In this document: piece after piece, positions 8,568 to 17,352 of the stretch | Layout: every line of letters starts with the position of its first letter | How positions within the stretch are numbered: position 1 is the stretch's first letter | IMG/VR virus record: IMGVR_UViG_3300020045_004499 | Span: 1 to 45,222 of that record | Length of the DNA stretch: 45,222 bases | From: a virus | Taxonomy: Duplodnaviria > Caudoviricetes | Direction: 5' to 3' (one strand) | Made by a program: the position numbers and the translations under genes | The notes under the pieces: model-generated | Database searches by the model: none | Told to the model about the DNA's origin: nothing | The model's input: the letters and a program-made list of their open reading frames with translations, nothing else

Positions 8568-8572
8568 CTTGC

Positions 8573-8695
8573 CTAAACTGCCAGCGCAACTCTGTGGTCA
8601 CGACTGTTCCGCAAAAATCGAGCAACTCGCCGCCGTGTCCTCTTCGTCATTTTTTTCCATGCCCTGGGGATCATCCTGCCGTTCATGCTTTTCAC
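8573..8695 (-). CDS. small basic hypothetical protein (40 aa)
   Basis: GTGA overlap with the VRR-NUC stop; fills the gap in the operon. Confidence 0.4.
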   Translation of the reverse strand: MKSMNGRMIPRAWKKMTKRTRRRVARFLRNSRDHRVALAV

Positions 8696-9009
8696 AATTC
8701 ATCCTCACTCCGCGCCACCACGGCATAACCGCCGGCAGCGCGAACCTGATCTAAAAATTGCTGTTGCGCCGAAGACACGCGGCCCGAAGCGGTCTTCACT
8801 TCGACCGCGACGAACTGCGCGACACGCTGCCCTGCGGTGGCCGTGATGGTACGCCAGCCGATGATATCGGAGCCTCCGGGGTTGCACACGCCATAGCGGA
8901 CATAACGCCCCTCACGGTCCTGCAGGACGCCGACGTTGTTACGAAAGACGCGGAACCCAAGTTCCGTGAGGCGTAGCAGGATGCGGCGCAGGAGGGGGGA
9001 TTCGGTCAC
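8692..9009 (-). CDS. VRR-NUC domain nuclease
   Basis: FRNNVG, GGSDIIG, FVAVEVKT..GRVS..QQQFL..V..AGG.AVVARS. Confidence 0.92.
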   Translation of the reverse strand: MTESPLLRRILLRLTELGFRVFRNNVGVLQDREGRYVRYGVCNPGGSDIIGWRTITATAGQRVAQFVAVEVKTASGRVSSAQQQFLDQVRAAGGYAVVARSEDEL

Positions 9010-9509
9010 AGTCGCTCCGGAAATCCGTACTCCTCGGATTTCTTGTTGAAGACTTCGCGGATTGTCTGTTGCAGGTCAATGCCGACTCTTGCGGCCACCA
9101 AGACCGCGTAGAGGATCGTGTCTGCCGCTTCCTTCGCCACCGCTTGCTTGGCAAGGTTCACGTCGGCGATATTCCGAGCCCCTTCGTTTATGCTGGCGAT
9201 CCCATCTTCTAATCGCTTGAGTTTCTTGGCGGCATTCGCGCATTCTCCAGCTTCGCCGCACATCGCCCCGGCCCATTCCAGCGGCGACCACTCATCCATG
9301 TTGCCGTTGTGCCAGCGATTCGCGCGACCGATGCTCTGCGCCATAATATGGGCGAACGGCATCGCTGCAATCGGCGTGATGTGCTCTATCCGATTGATCC
9401 AATATTCTCGCGTTTGTGGGCCATCATCAGCGCCGCGCTCAGGGTTTCGTGGCAAAGGTCCGTGATGATCCGCCGGAATGTCGTAACCCATAAATTCCTC
9501 CTCTTTCAA
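9006..9509 (-). CDS. mazG: MazG-like nucleotide pyrophosphohydrolase
   Basis: GEAGECANAAKK...KEAADTILY...GIDL, the all-alpha NTP-PPase E..E...E..D pattern. Confidence 0.85.
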   Translation of the reverse strand: MKEEEFMGYDIPADHHGPLPRNPERGADDGPQTREYWINRIEHITPIAAMPFAHIMAQSIGRANRWHNGNMDEWSPLEWAGAMCGEAGECANAAKKLKRLEDGIASINEGARNIADVNLAKQAVAKEAADTILYAVLVAARVGIDLQQTIREVFNKKSEEYGFPERL

Positions 9510-9515
9510 ATTCGG

Positions 9516-9746
9516 TCATCGGCCGCCTTCACGCTCAAACTCCAGTAGCGTTTTCAGCAAATCGGCATCGCGCGGGATGCCTCCTTGTGCGACCGAGACG
9601 ATGAAACGCCCTTCCCGGTAGACATCCCAGCCTCGCACGATTAAAACTTCCCCGCGTGGCCCGCTGCCGTCGCCGAACGAAACCCAGCGGTAGCGGTTAG
9701 CCAAAATCTGCGGAGCATCATCCTTCCATGCCACGGACCGGCTCAT
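9516..9746 (-). CDS. hypothetical protein
   Basis: ATGA overlap at 9743-9746; 76 aa. Confidence 0.6.
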   Translation of the reverse strand: MSRSVAWKDDAPQILANRYRWVSFGDGSGPRGEVLIVRGWDVYREGRFIVSVAQGGIPRDADLLKTLLEFEREGGR

Positions 9747-10447
9747 GACATTACCATCCTGAACGTGATCGCCCACACCCACGGATTCGACTCCCACGGG
9801 GCGCGCTTGCCGTTGATGGCGTTCCATGCTCTCCTGAAGCCATACCTCGCGCTTGCATCGGCGTCATCTTGGCCGTCACAAGGCCAGTGAGCTTCGGCCT
9901 GTTCCTCGTCGTTTACATCGTTGCCGCAACCGCCACAAGTTACAGCGCACCCTTCTGCCTTCGCGTCTTCCTCGCTGATGTCCTGCAGCCGCTGGACGCG
10001 AGCTTCGGTTATTTCCAGCGTCAGGCGGGACGCCCAGCGCGGCATGTGGATTGGCGAGCGCCAGCGCAATTCTGAGCCTGTCCATGAGGCTTTATGTATA
10101 ACGTGTTGAGAGGCCCTGAATCGTTCCGGAATATCGCTCAGCCGTGAATCGTTCGGGCATCCTGCGTACTGAACATATTCCCACGTTCCATCGTCTGGCG
10201 GATCTTCCATCCACGTCTCTCGCACCCAAAGCCGGTCGCCGATGGTTCCATGTGGACAGCGCATCGTGGCAAACTGCCTGTCGTTCAACTGGCAATCCAA
10301 TTTCCTGTCGTACCACATACTCCAGCCGATACCGGCGGCGATTGGGCCAGCCTTCACGATCCGGCGCGTCTGCGTCTTCTTGCCGTCGAGGATCGCGCGG
10401 ACCATCGGGGCGCTGAAAATGATCGGACGGCTCATGCCTGGACTCAT
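9743..10447 (-). CDS. ASCH/PUA-like conserved phage protein
   Basis: PIIFSAPMVRAILDGKKTQTRR, GDRLWVRET, SPIHMPRWASRLTLEIT..RVQRLQDIS, WESNPWVW. Start could be 10435. Confidence 0.85.
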   Translation of the reverse strand: MSPGMSRPIIFSAPMVRAILDGKKTQTRRIVKAGPIAAGIGWSMWYDRKLDCQLNDRQFATMRCPHGTIGDRLWVRETWMEDPPDDGTWEYVQYAGCPNDSRLSDIPERFRASQHVIHKASWTGSELRWRSPIHMPRWASRLTLEITEARVQRLQDISEEDAKAEGCAVTCGGCGNDVNDEEQAEAHWPCDGQDDADASARYGFRRAWNAINGKRAPWESNPWVWAITFRMVMS

Positions 10448-11283
10448 ACCCGCCCTCCCATCGTCGCCGCCACATGCGGCTTCCGCCCACCACCTCGCGC
10501 GGCCCTTCGTTTCGGCCGAGAACCGTCGGGCAATTTATTGCCCTTGGTTAAGTTTTCCTTCCACCAGAGCGGTCTCAGATTTGACAAGTCCCAGCATTTT
10601 TTAAATTCTTCATCTTCCGGAGAGCTGAAATTAAACGCGGATATTGGGACGATGTGATCGATGTGCCAATCGTTGCGGTTCTCCCATGACATTCCCCGCA
10701 CGAAGTGCGACTCGATATGCGACTTTAATTCATCCAAGGAATACGGAACCATCCTCTTCCACGTTTTGCCCATTCGCCCAGTCTTCAGAGATTGGCGGAT
10801 TGCTACATACATCCGGCTGTCCAGGGCGAATTTCGGATCAAGCCTGCGCTTCGCCCTGACGTACGCCGCGTGCTTCATTTTCGCGAGCGGCCGAAAACGT
10901 AGCTCGCGATCTCTGGCGATACGGTTCAGTCTTGCCTTATAGGCCTTACGATAGGCCTTTACCTTATAGGAGGCCTCGTACAGCTTCCGCCACAACCTCC
11001 GAGCCTCAGAATCTCTAGTCGGCGCGACGGCCTGCCCTGCTTCTCGCGCAGTGCGCTCCTTGATAGCGCGAAGCGCATTCCGTCTGGCCTTTATGTCGGG
11101 CCTATTTTGCCGATCCTTCACATAGGCGGCCCAGCGCTCGCGATTCCTAGACCTCCACATGTTTGTTTTCAATTTCGAGCATTCCTTACAGCAGGACATT
11201 TTCCCGTCGGAGGATTTCCAGTTGGCATGAAACAGCGAACTATCCTTGGCTACGCCGCATTTACTGCATTGTTTTTTCTGCAC
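10444..11283 (-). CDS. HNH (homing-type) endonuclease with N-terminal zinc finger
   Basis: CSKC...CKEC; GMSWEN..WHIDHIVP...NLRPLW..ENL.KGNK. Confidence 0.85.
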   Translation of the reverse strand: MQKKQCSKCGVAKDSSLFHANWKSSDGKMSCCKECSKLKTNMWRSRNRERWAAYVKDRQNRPDIKARRNALRAIKERTAREAGQAVAPTRDSEARRLWRKLYEASYKVKAYRKAYKARLNRIARDRELRFRPLAKMKHAAYVRAKRRLDPKFALDSRMYVAIRQSLKTGRMGKTWKRMVPYSLDELKSHIESHFVRGMSWENRNDWHIDHIVPISAFNFSSPEDEEFKKCWDLSNLRPLWWKENLTKGNKLPDGSRPKRRAARGGGRKPHVAATMGGRV

Positions 11284-12667
11284 GTCTATTCCTCGCGGCT
11301 ATAAGGTGGTCAACCCAGCGATGGTTATATCCCCTTGCTCTGGCGATAGCAAGAAGTTCATCCCTTGTCCGCGCCCCTTTCCGTTCTCGCTCCAAGTCCA
11401 ACGAAGCCTGCAACCGCTGCTGCAACACTTCATCTGCGCTCACGGCCACCAGTTCTCCGGGCCGTACTTCAATCTCTAGTTCTTTAACCTCGGCGGCAAA
11501 CCCGCAATACCGGCACACGCGCATCCCGAGCCGGATCACGGCGTAGCACCGCCCACACTGGCGCACCGGGCATTCCTTGCTCGCCGCCTTGCGGTCATGT
11601 CCTTCCAGCGTCCACTCGCGCGGATCATCAGGAAGCCCGTGACGGAATGAATTCCCAGCATGGTCGAGCAGAATGGCACGATCCTTGCCGGGGAACATCC
11701 TCAAGCCCCTGCCCGCCTGCTGGAGATACAGCCCCAGGCTCTGTGTTGGCCGGCACATCGAGATAACCTCGATCGCGGGAACGTCAAGCCCTTCGCCGAA
11801 CAACTCGCAGTTGGTCAATATCAACGTCTCGCCGCGCCGAAACCGCTCCATTGCAGCATCTCGATCCTTGCTCGTGCATTCTCCGTCAACATGTTCAGCC
11901 GGAACACCGGCCGCGCAAAACGCGGCGGCGAAGTCTTTACTCGACTGAATCGACCAGGCGAACAGAATCCCGCGCTTGCCAGCAGCCTTGGCGAGATACG
12001 TAGCCACGGCATCGCCGGTCACACTAGAGGCCGTCATGGCGTCCGCAAGCTGGTGCGGATTGTAGTCCCCGGCTTGCGTGCGGACCTTCGAGAGGTCAAC
12101 GGTCGAGGGACGATAGAGGATGTAGTCCGAGAGGTAGCCCTGCTGGATTAGGTCCGCAGTCGATGGCCCTTGGACCATCGTGTCAAACAGATCCGTGAAG
12201 CCCTGCCCCGATAGACGCTTCGGCGTTGCCGTGAGACCGATGATGAGAGCATCGGGAAACTGCTTCATGACTGCTGCCCATGTTTTGCTCGGACTGTGGT
12301 GGCACTCATCAACGATCAAGATATCCGGCTTTATGCAGGACAATTTATCCATCCGGCGCCTGAGCGTCTCAATGCTGCACACCTGCACCGGCGCGAAGGG
12401 GTTCATCTTCTGGCCCGCGGCAATGATGCCCAGCTCCATCGATGCGGAGTCTCTAAGCGTTTCCACAGACTGCGCGAGAATTTCGCGGCGATGGTTGACG
12501 AACCAGGAGAGTTTACCCTTGGCGGCTGCCCCGGCAATCATGGTCGCCGTCAAAGCCGTCTTGCCACCGCCTGTCGGCAGCACGAGCATGATGCGCCGAT
12601 GTCCGGCCTTAATCGAGGCGCGAACGTCGGCGATCAGTTGATCCTGATAGTGGCGAAGCTGGATCAC
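11261..12667 (-). CDS. SF2 DExH helicase (RadD/YejH-like)
   Basis: LRHYQ, PTGGGKT, DECHH, GLTATP, EGLDVP, QQAGRGLR, C-terminal CxxC/CxxC. Confidence 0.95.
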   Translation of the reverse strand: MIQLRHYQDQLIADVRASIKAGHRRIMLVLPTGGGKTALTATMIAGAAAKGKLSWFVNHRREILAQSVETLRDSASMELGIIAAGQKMNPFAPVQVCSIETLRRRMDKLSCIKPDILIVDECHHSPSKTWAAVMKQFPDALIIGLTATPKRLSGQGFTDLFDTMVQGPSTADLIQQGYLSDYILYRPSTVDLSKVRTQAGDYNPHQLADAMTASSVTGDAVATYLAKAAGKRGILFAWSIQSSKDFAAAFCAAGVPAEHVDGECTSKDRDAAMERFRRGETLILTNCELFGEGLDVPAIEVISMCRPTQSLGLYLQQAGRGLRMFPGKDRAILLDHAGNSFRHGLPDDPREWTLEGHDRKAASKECPVRQCGRCYAVIRLGMRVCRYCGFAAEVKELEIEVRPGELVAVSADEVLQQRLQASLDLERERKGARTRDELLAIARARGYNHRWVDHLIAARNRRAEKTMQ

Positions 12668-13020
12668 AGCATCCTCAGCCTTTGCAATACATCAGCGGAC
12701 GTGTGGCCGTCGAATTCAGGCGCTTGACCCCATTCGTTTGCAAACTTCAAGCACTCGTCCCATTTCGTATCGGGAAGATGATAAGTTATCTGACCGCCAC
12801 GCCATTGATTGACGCCAAGAACGAACCATCCGTCCAAAAATGTCCCGTCGCTGTGCAGTCTGGACATCCATATCAACGGGCGATTGTATTCAAGTTTTGC
12901 AAGTGTCCGGCAGAGCGCAATCCAAAGCTCAATACGGTGCTCGTAGAGTTCGCCGAATGTGTGATAGCCGTCTGAAATCAGATTTGTGTCAACGCCAGTG
13001 ATTTTGATCGGTTCGCTCAT
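12664..13020 (-). CDS. conserved phage hypothetical protein (WDGH-like)
   Basis: SDGYHTFGELYEHR...QITYHLP...FDGHT..DV..RL signature. Confidence 0.8.
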   Translation of the reverse strand: MSEPIKITGVDTNLISDGYHTFGELYEHRIELWIALCRTLAKLEYNRPLIWMSRLHSDGTFLDGWFVLGVNQWRGGQITYHLPDTKWDECLKFANEWGQAPEFDGHTSADVLQRLRML

Positions 13021-13190
13021 GACGCCGCCCTCGTCCCATGTTCTCCAACCATGGAATTCAACGCGGCAATCACTAGCGACGTAAGCGTAGTCTTCCTCTT
13101 GCTAGCCATCCGCTTCCACCGCGACAGGTCGGCCCTGTCCACGCGGATATTCAGATTCGCGTCCTTCGAGTATCTGACGGTTCGTTTCAT
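13017..13190 (-). CDS. ribbon-helix-helix DNA-binding protein (57 aa; not in the ORF track)
   Basis: MKRTVRYSKDANLNIRVDRADLSRWKRMASKRKTTLTSLVIAALNSMV..., an alternating beta ribbon (LNIRV) plus two helices; ATGA overlaps on both sides. Confidence 0.75.
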   Translation of the reverse strand: MKRTVRYSKDANLNIRVDRADLSRWKRMASKRKTTLTSLVIAALNSMVGEHGTRAAS

Positions 13191-14044
13191 GCTCCTGCCT
13201 CCACAAACTCGCCCGCTTCATTCAAGCGATACCAAGTATCCGCGCTGAGTTGCCCGCTGACGCCAGTCGTTGCACATCGCATTTCTGTGCGACGTTCTTT
13301 CTCATTCCACCATGCGAGCGCAATGCAGCCGAACTCAGCCGCGCGCGCTTGCGAGTAAAGGCCCGTGCAAATCGCTGCGGTTCCTTTGGCCGCCGTGGAC
13401 GCGCTGCCGCCGTAGCCGCTGTTGGACGCGCTGCCGCTGTAGCCGCTGTTGGACGCGCTGCCGCTGGAGCCGCTGTTGGACGCGCTGCCGCTGGAGCCGC
13501 TGTTGGACGCGCTGCCGCTGTAGCCGCTGTTGGACGCGCTGCCGCTGTAGCCGCTGTTGGACGCGCTGCCGCTGGAGCCGCTGTTGGACGCGCTGCCGCT
13601 GTAGCCGCTGTTGGACGCGCTGCCGCTGGAGCCGCTGTTGGACGCGCTGCCGCTGGAGGCTTGAACCGTGTATGCGATTCGCCCCGCGAGCGTCATGATT
13701 AGCGCGCCCGCCCATTGGCCCACATAGCGCACTGTCCCCCGCGGAAATTTGCACTTGCCGCTTAGGTTAACAACGTCTTTCGGATCAACAGCGAGCACGT
13801 ACCAAACGCCGTGGTAGTCGGCTTCTTTACCTTCGCCGATGCCGAGGCCCCACGCCCAGCCGTGCACCCCACTGCCACAAGTGGCTTCCGGGTTCCAGTC
13901 GGACGCCTCAACAACGGCACCGACCTCAGCGGGATAAACGAACCCGCCGTAAGCAACCCGGTCAGCGTTCGTACATTTCACGATCAGCACTTCGCCGTTT
14001 GCGTCCGTGAACTGGTGGGCCGGAATGATTTCGTCTACTTTCAT
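13187..14044 (-). CDS. phage protein with SGSASNSG[S/Y] repeats (DUF7666-like N-terminus)
   Basis: GFVYP..VG.VVEA.DW...CGSGVHG N-terminus, nine 9-aa repeats, C-terminal ADTWYRL...GEFVE. Start 14044 chosen from the promoter position. Confidence 0.8.
   Translation of the reverse strand: MKVDEIIPAHQFTDANGEVLIVKCTNADRVAYGGFVYPAEVGAVVEASDWNPEATCGSGVHGWAWGLGIGEGKEADYHGVWYVLAVDPKDVVNLSGKCKFPRGTVRYVGQWAGALIMTLAGRIAYTVQASSGSASNSGSSGSASNSGYSGSASNSGSSGSASNSGYSGSASNSGYSGSASNSGSSGSASNSGSSGSASNSGYSGSASNSGYGGSASTAAKGTAAICTGLYSQARAAEFGCIALAWWNEKERRTEMRCATTGVSGQLSADTWYRLNEAGEFVEAGA
13398..13657 (-). repeat. about 9.5 x 27-bp coding tandem repeat
   Basis: Unit GCCGCTGTTGGACGCGCTGCCGCT(GTA/GGA) on the + strand. 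Confidence 0.95.
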
Positions 14045-14051
14045 GCGGCGC

Positions 14052-14080
14052 ATAATGGCACAGACACCAGCTTGCGTCTA
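14052..14080 (-). promoter_or_regulatory. leftward sigma70-type promoter, probably giving a leaderless mRNA
   Basis: TAGACG-N17-CATTAT with TG upstream of the -10; ATG 14044 lies 8 nt downstream. Confidence 0.6.
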
Positions 14081-14093
14081 CATTTTATTTGTA

Positions 14094-14122
14094 TTGACAT
14101 CGCTGGAGCCGTTCGCTATCTT
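14094..14122 (+). promoter_or_regulatory. rightward sigma70-type promoter
   Basis: TTGACA-N17-TATCTT with an AT-rich upstream tract. Confidence 0.75.
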
Positions 14123-14126
14123 TCCC

Positions 14127-14363
14127 GTCGCCGCCGCTCCCGTACCCATCTTCGAGTGGGCGAGGTTAGACCGGTGAATGAACCCGGCGTTGTTGGCAAG
14201 GCATGGCAAAGAGAGATAGTCCTAGCACGGTCACGTTGGAAACAGCGCGTTGAAGGAATCGCCAGTAGTATTGCCGACACGAATGGCGACGTGATTACGC
14301 CACGAATTAAGGAGCGACCGCCATCCCACAGCGTAGCAGCGGTGACATCCGGGAGAGACCGGA
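14127..14363 (+). ncRNA. candidate structured RNA / long 5' leader
   Basis: Nested complementary segments (see findings); no convincing sense ORF; begins at the predicted TSS. Confidence 0.55.
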
Positions 14364-14383
14364 ATTTATAAGGAGGATCACAA

Positions 14384-14602
14384 ATGGCAATCACGAAAGA
14401 GAATCTGGACAACTGGTTTCAGTATCACGCGCCGACGACCGACGACACCGTAGCCTATGAAAAGCTGCGGAGTTCGGCCAAGTCGTTCGCGCAAGCGATC
14501 ATCGAACTAACGCCGTCGTCTGCGGACCAGACCGCCGCCGTCCGCAAAGTCCGCGAGGCCGTCATGACCGCCAACGCTGCCATTGCCTGCAAGGGGCAGT
14601 AA
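14384..14602 (+). CDS. Acb2/Tad1-like helical-hairpin protein (putative signal-nucleotide sponge)
   Basis: F.YHAP....YE.LR..AK.FA..I....P.S.DQT.A.RKVREAVM.ANAAIA pattern; AAGGAGG RBS. Confidence 0.7.
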   Translation: MAITKENLDNWFQYHAPTTDDTVAYEKLRSSAKSFAQAIIELTPSSADQTAAVRKVREAVMTANAAIACKGQ

Positions 14603-14607
14603 AAACC

Positions 14608-14793
14608 ATGGCAGCAGAAACCCAGCCAAAGAAAACGCGCAAACCGCGCACCAACTACCAGAAGCAGGTCGAGACGCTGATCCTGTCCGCGAAAACCTTC
14701 ATCGAGATCAGCGCCTCATTTCCAGAGAGCGACCATCTCAAGGGCGAGTGCGCCGCCTATCACCGCGTGCTGAAGTTCTTGGGGGCGGAATGA
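14608..14793 (+). CDS. hypothetical protein
   Basis: 61-aa ORF in a tight operon. Confidence 0.6.
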   Translation: MAAETQPKKTRKPRTNYQKQVETLILSAKTFIEISASFPESDHLKGECAAYHRVLKFLGAE

Positions 14794-14845
14794 AATACGT
14801 ACACCAAGGCATCGCGCGCAAGCTCGCTCAGAGAGAGGTAGCGGA

Positions 14846-15031
14846 ATGAACGCCACCGCCGCTCTCGGCTTCCTCTGGCTGATCCTGACCGCCGCGATCG
14901 GGCATGCCCTCGTGTTGGTCGCGGCTTATCATCAAATCCGCCGGACGCTGGACCTCGCCAGGATCGGCGAGCAGCGCGAACGGGAGGACGCGCTCATACG
15001 GCAGCATCATCGACTCACGAACGAGCAATAA
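14846..15031 (+). CDS. small membrane protein
   Basis: N-terminal hydrophobic stretch; GAGG RBS. Confidence 0.6.
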   Translation: MNATAALGFLWLILTAAIGHALVLVAAYHQIRRTLDLARIGEQREREDALIRQHHRLTNEQ

Positions 15032-15097
15032 CGCGAGCAACACCTTACCCAATTCGCCTTCTCCAGACATCGGGAGAACGGCAAAAGGAGCAACGCA

Positions 15098-15304
15098 TTG
15101 GAAAAGTCATATACGACCCTTGGAGCAAATGGGAACCATCTGACCGCTTCGGAGGCTGTAGGGCGAGACCAAATTGTAATCTCAATTCAAAGCAACGACC
15201 GCCAAGGCGATATATCTGTTGTTCGCCTTACTGCAACGCAGTGGAAAGAGTTTTGCGATTTGAAATACGACCTCGAAGCAAAGGAGGTCGTCAATGGCGA
15301 GTAA
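15098..15304 (+). CDS. hypothetical protein
   Basis: AAGGAG RBS with TTG start. Confidence 0.6.
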   Translation: MEKSYTTLGANGNHLTASEAVGRDQIVISIQSNDRQGDISVVRLTATQWKEFCDLKYDLEAKEVVNGE

Positions 15305-16283
15305 GTTCACGAAGGCTGTGGCCAAGCAAGCCTTCTTCAAGTGCTGCCTCTACAGCAAGCAAGGCCGCGGTAAAACACTGACCGCGCTTCTCTGGGCCGA
15401 AGGGCTCGCCGCCCGCGACAACAAACGCATTGCCTTGGTGGACACCGAACTCGGCAGCGAGTTCTACGTCATGGACATTCCTGACCGCGCAGTTCATCCC
15501 AAGGCGTTCGACATTGACCGCCTCGTAACGCGCTCGATCATGGAGACGATTGAGGCAATCGAAGGGATTGACCCCGCAGTTCACGGCGTGGTCATCCTCG
15601 ACTCGATCACGCACTTGTGGGACGCTGCCATGGCTGCCTACAGCGGGAAGCGGATGTCGAACGGCGCAATCCCAATCCAAGCATGGGGCGACATCAAGCG
15701 CCCCTACAAGCGCCTCATGAGCCTGCTCGTGGATGGGAATTTCCACGTCATCATCTGCGGCCGTGAAGGCGTCATCATGGAGAAGGACGGAGACGGCGAC
15801 AACGAGGTAGTCGGAACGAAGGTCAAAGCGGAAGGCGAAACTGGCTACGAGCCGCACATCTTGGGCCGCATGCTGCACACGTCCGACGAACACAACCACA
15901 ACAATGTGGTGAGCGTGTTCTTCGAGAAGGACCGCACCGGAATCCTCTCCGGCAAAACCATCGCGTGGCCGAACTATGCGACGATCGAGCCGATCGTGAA
16001 GTATCTCACTGGCTCGCAGCAGGGCACCGTCGGCACGCCTGAAGACAATGCCGAAAAGGACGCGGCCGCAATCGAGAACGCCGAACAGCGGACCATCCGG
16101 GACCGCGAAACGCTATTCGAGCAAATCCGTACCGCCATCCAGGGCTCCGCATCGCTAGAAGCTCTGAAATCCGCGTGGGACTTGACGAAGGGCAAAAAAG
16201 GTAAGCTCGGGGAGTTTCACGACCAGTTGACGACGATCAAGGACGCGCGCAAGAGTGAACTCATGCGGGCGCAGGAGGTTTAG
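15294..16283 (+). CDS. AAA/RecA-fold ATPase, Sak4-like recombinase
   Basis: GRGKT Walker A, LVDTE.GS, VVILDSITHLW, W..IK, HVIIC.RE, KDRTG; adjacent to an SSB. Confidence 0.85.
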   Translation: MASKFTKAVAKQAFFKCCLYSKQGRGKTLTALLWAEGLAARDNKRIALVDTELGSEFYVMDIPDRAVHPKAFDIDRLVTRSIMETIEAIEGIDPAVHGVVILDSITHLWDAAMAAYSGKRMSNGAIPIQAWGDIKRPYKRLMSLLVDGNFHVIICGREGVIMEKDGDGDNEVVGTKVKAEGETGYEPHILGRMLHTSDEHNHNNVVSVFFEKDRTGILSGKTIAWPNYATIEPIVKYLTGSQQGTVGTPEDNAEKDAAAIENAEQRTIRDRETLFEQIRTAIQGSASLEALKSAWDLTKGKKGKLGEFHDQLTTIKDARKSELMRAQEV

Positions 16284-16285
16284 CC

Positions 16286-16750
16286 GTGGGAATCAAACCG
16301 AACCGCACCTACACCGGAGAAGTGCAGCCAGGGAGCTGTTTCATCACATCTCAATTGGGAACCGTCGGATTCCAAGTCCAGCTTGAATGCGAAGACGGAG
16401 ACTGCTCCCGGACCATCTGGATCACCGAGAACTCCAAGAAGCAGGCCGAGCGCGAGTTCACGGAGGTTCTCGGAGTCAAAAAAGAGAACCTGACCAACGC
16501 CACCTATGTGGAGAACCAGCTCGCCATCGATATCATCGGGCGCAAGGTCGAGTTTCCGACCGAGGAACAGGAGTACCCGGCCGGGAGCGGAAAGGTCAAG
16601 ACGGTGATCCGATGGCTCAACAAGCCATCGGCGTCAGGCGCTGCGGGGCTCTCGCCGGCCAGGGCCGCCGCGGTACTGTTCGGCGCAAAGCCTCCATTGA
16701 GGATGGAGGACTTCCCGTCAACTGTGAGTGACGACGATATTCCGTTTTGA
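16286..16750 (+). CDS. single-stranded DNA-binding protein
   Basis: OB-fold-like beta content, acidic tail DDDIPF, downstream of the Sak4-like gene. Confidence 0.75.
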   Translation: MGIKPNRTYTGEVQPGSCFITSQLGTVGFQVQLECEDGDCSRTIWITENSKKQAEREFTEVLGVKKENLTNATYVENQLAIDIIGRKVEFPTEEQEYPAGSGKVKTVIRWLNKPSASGAAGLSPARAAAVLFGAKPPLRMEDFPSTVSDDDIPF

Positions 16751-16766
16751 AAGGCATGGGGATCAC

Positions 16767-17177
16767 ATGACGCGCGACGAAGAGAACAGGGCGCTGGCGG
16801 AGTGGGCGGGCTATCGCATGGTGGTGGACAGTTTCGGCAATGACCCTTTCGAGTTCTGGCATCATCCGTCGTGCGAGTGTAAGTCTGACACGCCGAAGGG
16901 CACATGCACATGTCACGATGCCTGCGATCCCGAACCGCCCAACTTCCGCACCAATGCCGAGGCGGCATTTGCGCTGATCGAGAAGCTGTTCGCTCTCGGG
17001 TTTATTCTCGAAGTGTACCCACAGAGCGATGGCCCCATCATCGTTATTTTCCGCTGCGGGCGGGAAGAGTACGGGCGCGGGTCCATGGTTTCAAGTTTTC
17101 TCGATGGGATTGCAGGCTCCGCGCTGGCACTGATCGAAAAGGAGAAACAGAATGCCGAGCGTCGTTGTCTGCCCTAA
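16767..17177 (+). CDS. hypothetical protein (phage ABA-sandwich-like)
   Basis: NRALAEWAG...PPNFRTNAEAAFALIEKL...IAGSALAL pattern, with a Cys/His-rich insert. Confidence 0.65.
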   Translation: MTRDEENRALAEWAGYRMVVDSFGNDPFEFWHHPSCECKSDTPKGTCTCHDACDPEPPNFRTNAEAAFALIEKLFALGFILEVYPQSDGPIIVIFRCGREEYGRGSMVSSFLDGIAGSALALIEKEKQNAERRCLP

Positions 17178-17352
17178 TTGCAACGGTCAGAAGATCGTCT
17201 CGCGGCCACCGTGGCTTGCTGGCGATCAGCAAGAATGGTCGTCAACAGGAACAGACACCTATCCGTGCCCAACTTGTGATTCGCGTGGATATCTGCTCGT
17301 TGATTTGTTCGAGGAAGGAAGGAAACAGAATGCCGAAAAAGACAAGCCTTAG
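17152..17352 (+). CDS. small zinc-finger protein (DnaJ-like CxxCxG pair)
   Basis: CPNCNG...CPTCDSRG; AAGGAG RBS. Confidence 0.7.
   Translation: MPSVVVCPNCNGQKIVSRPPWLAGDQQEWSSTGTDTYPCPTCDSRGYLLVDLFEEGRKQNAEKDKP

Noticed and set aside
13398-13657. 27-bp repeats as a CRISPR array
   Set aside because: Head-to-tail with no unique spacers, in frame within a CDS, and no cas genes.
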